In this document: piece after piece, positions 63,191 through 64,000 of the stretch
Numbering within the stretch: the first letter of the stretch is position 1
How the letters are laid out: each line of letters begins with the position of its first letter
Assembly: GCF_006345805.1 (NCBI RefSeq)
Contig: NC_043005.1
Coordinates: 75,640,001-75,704,000, forward strand
Origin: Octopus sinensis
Lineage: Eukaryota
Direction of reading: 5' to 3'
Length of the DNA stretch: 64,000 nt
Notes under the pieces: model-generated
What the model was told of the DNA's origin: nothing
What the model saw: only the letters and a program-made list of their open reading frames with translations
The model's database searches: none
Translations under genes and position numbers: made by a program

Positions 63191-64000
63191 GTTTGTTTGT
63201 CTACACAAATTCTCTTTTTTTTTAATTTTTTTAATTTTACTCTTGTCAGACGAATACACTGTCATAGGTTAATGGTAAGCACCTAGCAAGCTGAGTTTGT
63301 GATGAGGTGGGAGGTTTCACCCCCAGTTCACTTCTGGTCAGAGTGTTTCAGACATCACCACATTATCGTTTTATGGCTATCTAGGACAATGTTAGTTAAT
63401 ATCTCTTTTCATTTCCTAATACTCTTGGATGCTATTTGAAGGAAATTTCGCTGCTTTTCTAGCTAATAAATTAACCATGTGATGGCTTCCTTGTTTTGAA
63501 TATGTAATGAAGTTTTGCTTCCTGATGGGACCGTTTTTCACTTCATTTGTTCTCAGTAACTGGTTGACTTCCTTAGACCTCATCATTCGAAGATGAAACC
63601 GTTAAAGATGAACCAACAACTTGTAAATGGTTATTGGATGTTTTCCCTTTTCATTTTCAAAGAAAAAAAGTTGTTGTTGTTTAGCTCTATTTTCATCAAC
63701 ATCTTGTAATTTTGACCAAAGATGTTCCAACTGTGTCCATTCTAAGTTTTTTTTTTCTTTTTGGCGGAGGAGACAGTGTATCTAAGGACTAGATTATTTA
63801 GTGTATCCTGCCTTTCTTAAATTGGTGTAATTTGGTTGTAATTTGAGAAAGATTGGACTGATTTTACTAAGCAGTTGAGCAACCTCATAAGTGCTCTTTC
63901 ACTAGCTCAAAAAACAGTGGTTATAGTCTAGACATGAGAAGGAAATCTCCGCTTTAAGAACATTTTGGTTTGCCAATTGTGACCTGTTGTCTTTTAAACT

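Noticed and set aside
63191-63286. Extension of ORF 62993..63286 past the donor site
   Set aside because: Similarity to ARL15 ends at the GT donor; the extension is T-rich intron read-through.

Overview
AT-rich, microsatellite-dense eukaryotic DNA. The mix of tRNA-derived SINEs, (GAT)n-tailed RTE LINE ends and long (TA)n tracts suggests an octopus/cephalopod genome (inference). The only host gene I can support is an ARL15 orthologue (ARF-like GTPase 15) on the + strand: three internal coding exons at 10673-10820, 16526-16585 and 62982-63190, with a ~46.4 kb intron between the last two. The first and last coding exons were not found. The rest is non-coding repeat: at least four SINE-like families, RTE LINE fragments (one amplified into a ~330 bp tandem array), mariner remnants, a piggyBac-type MITE, and two Penelope-like (RT + GIY-YIG) retroelement copies, plus a 100-N gap. 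The most interesting signal is not in the ORF track: about 15 minimal type-I hammerhead ribozyme motifs (stem I-CUGANGA-stem II-GAAA-palindromic stem III-UH-stem I') occur on both strands. They sit in the inverted terminal repeat of the Penelope-like element, in several short non-coding fold-back or tandem elements (one is a ~353 nt retrozyme-like unit), and in a tRNA-headed SINE. I infer a set of non-autonomous, ribozyme-carrying retroelements mobilised by Penelope-like elements. Nearly all ORFs in the supplied track are microsatellite or repeat artefacts.
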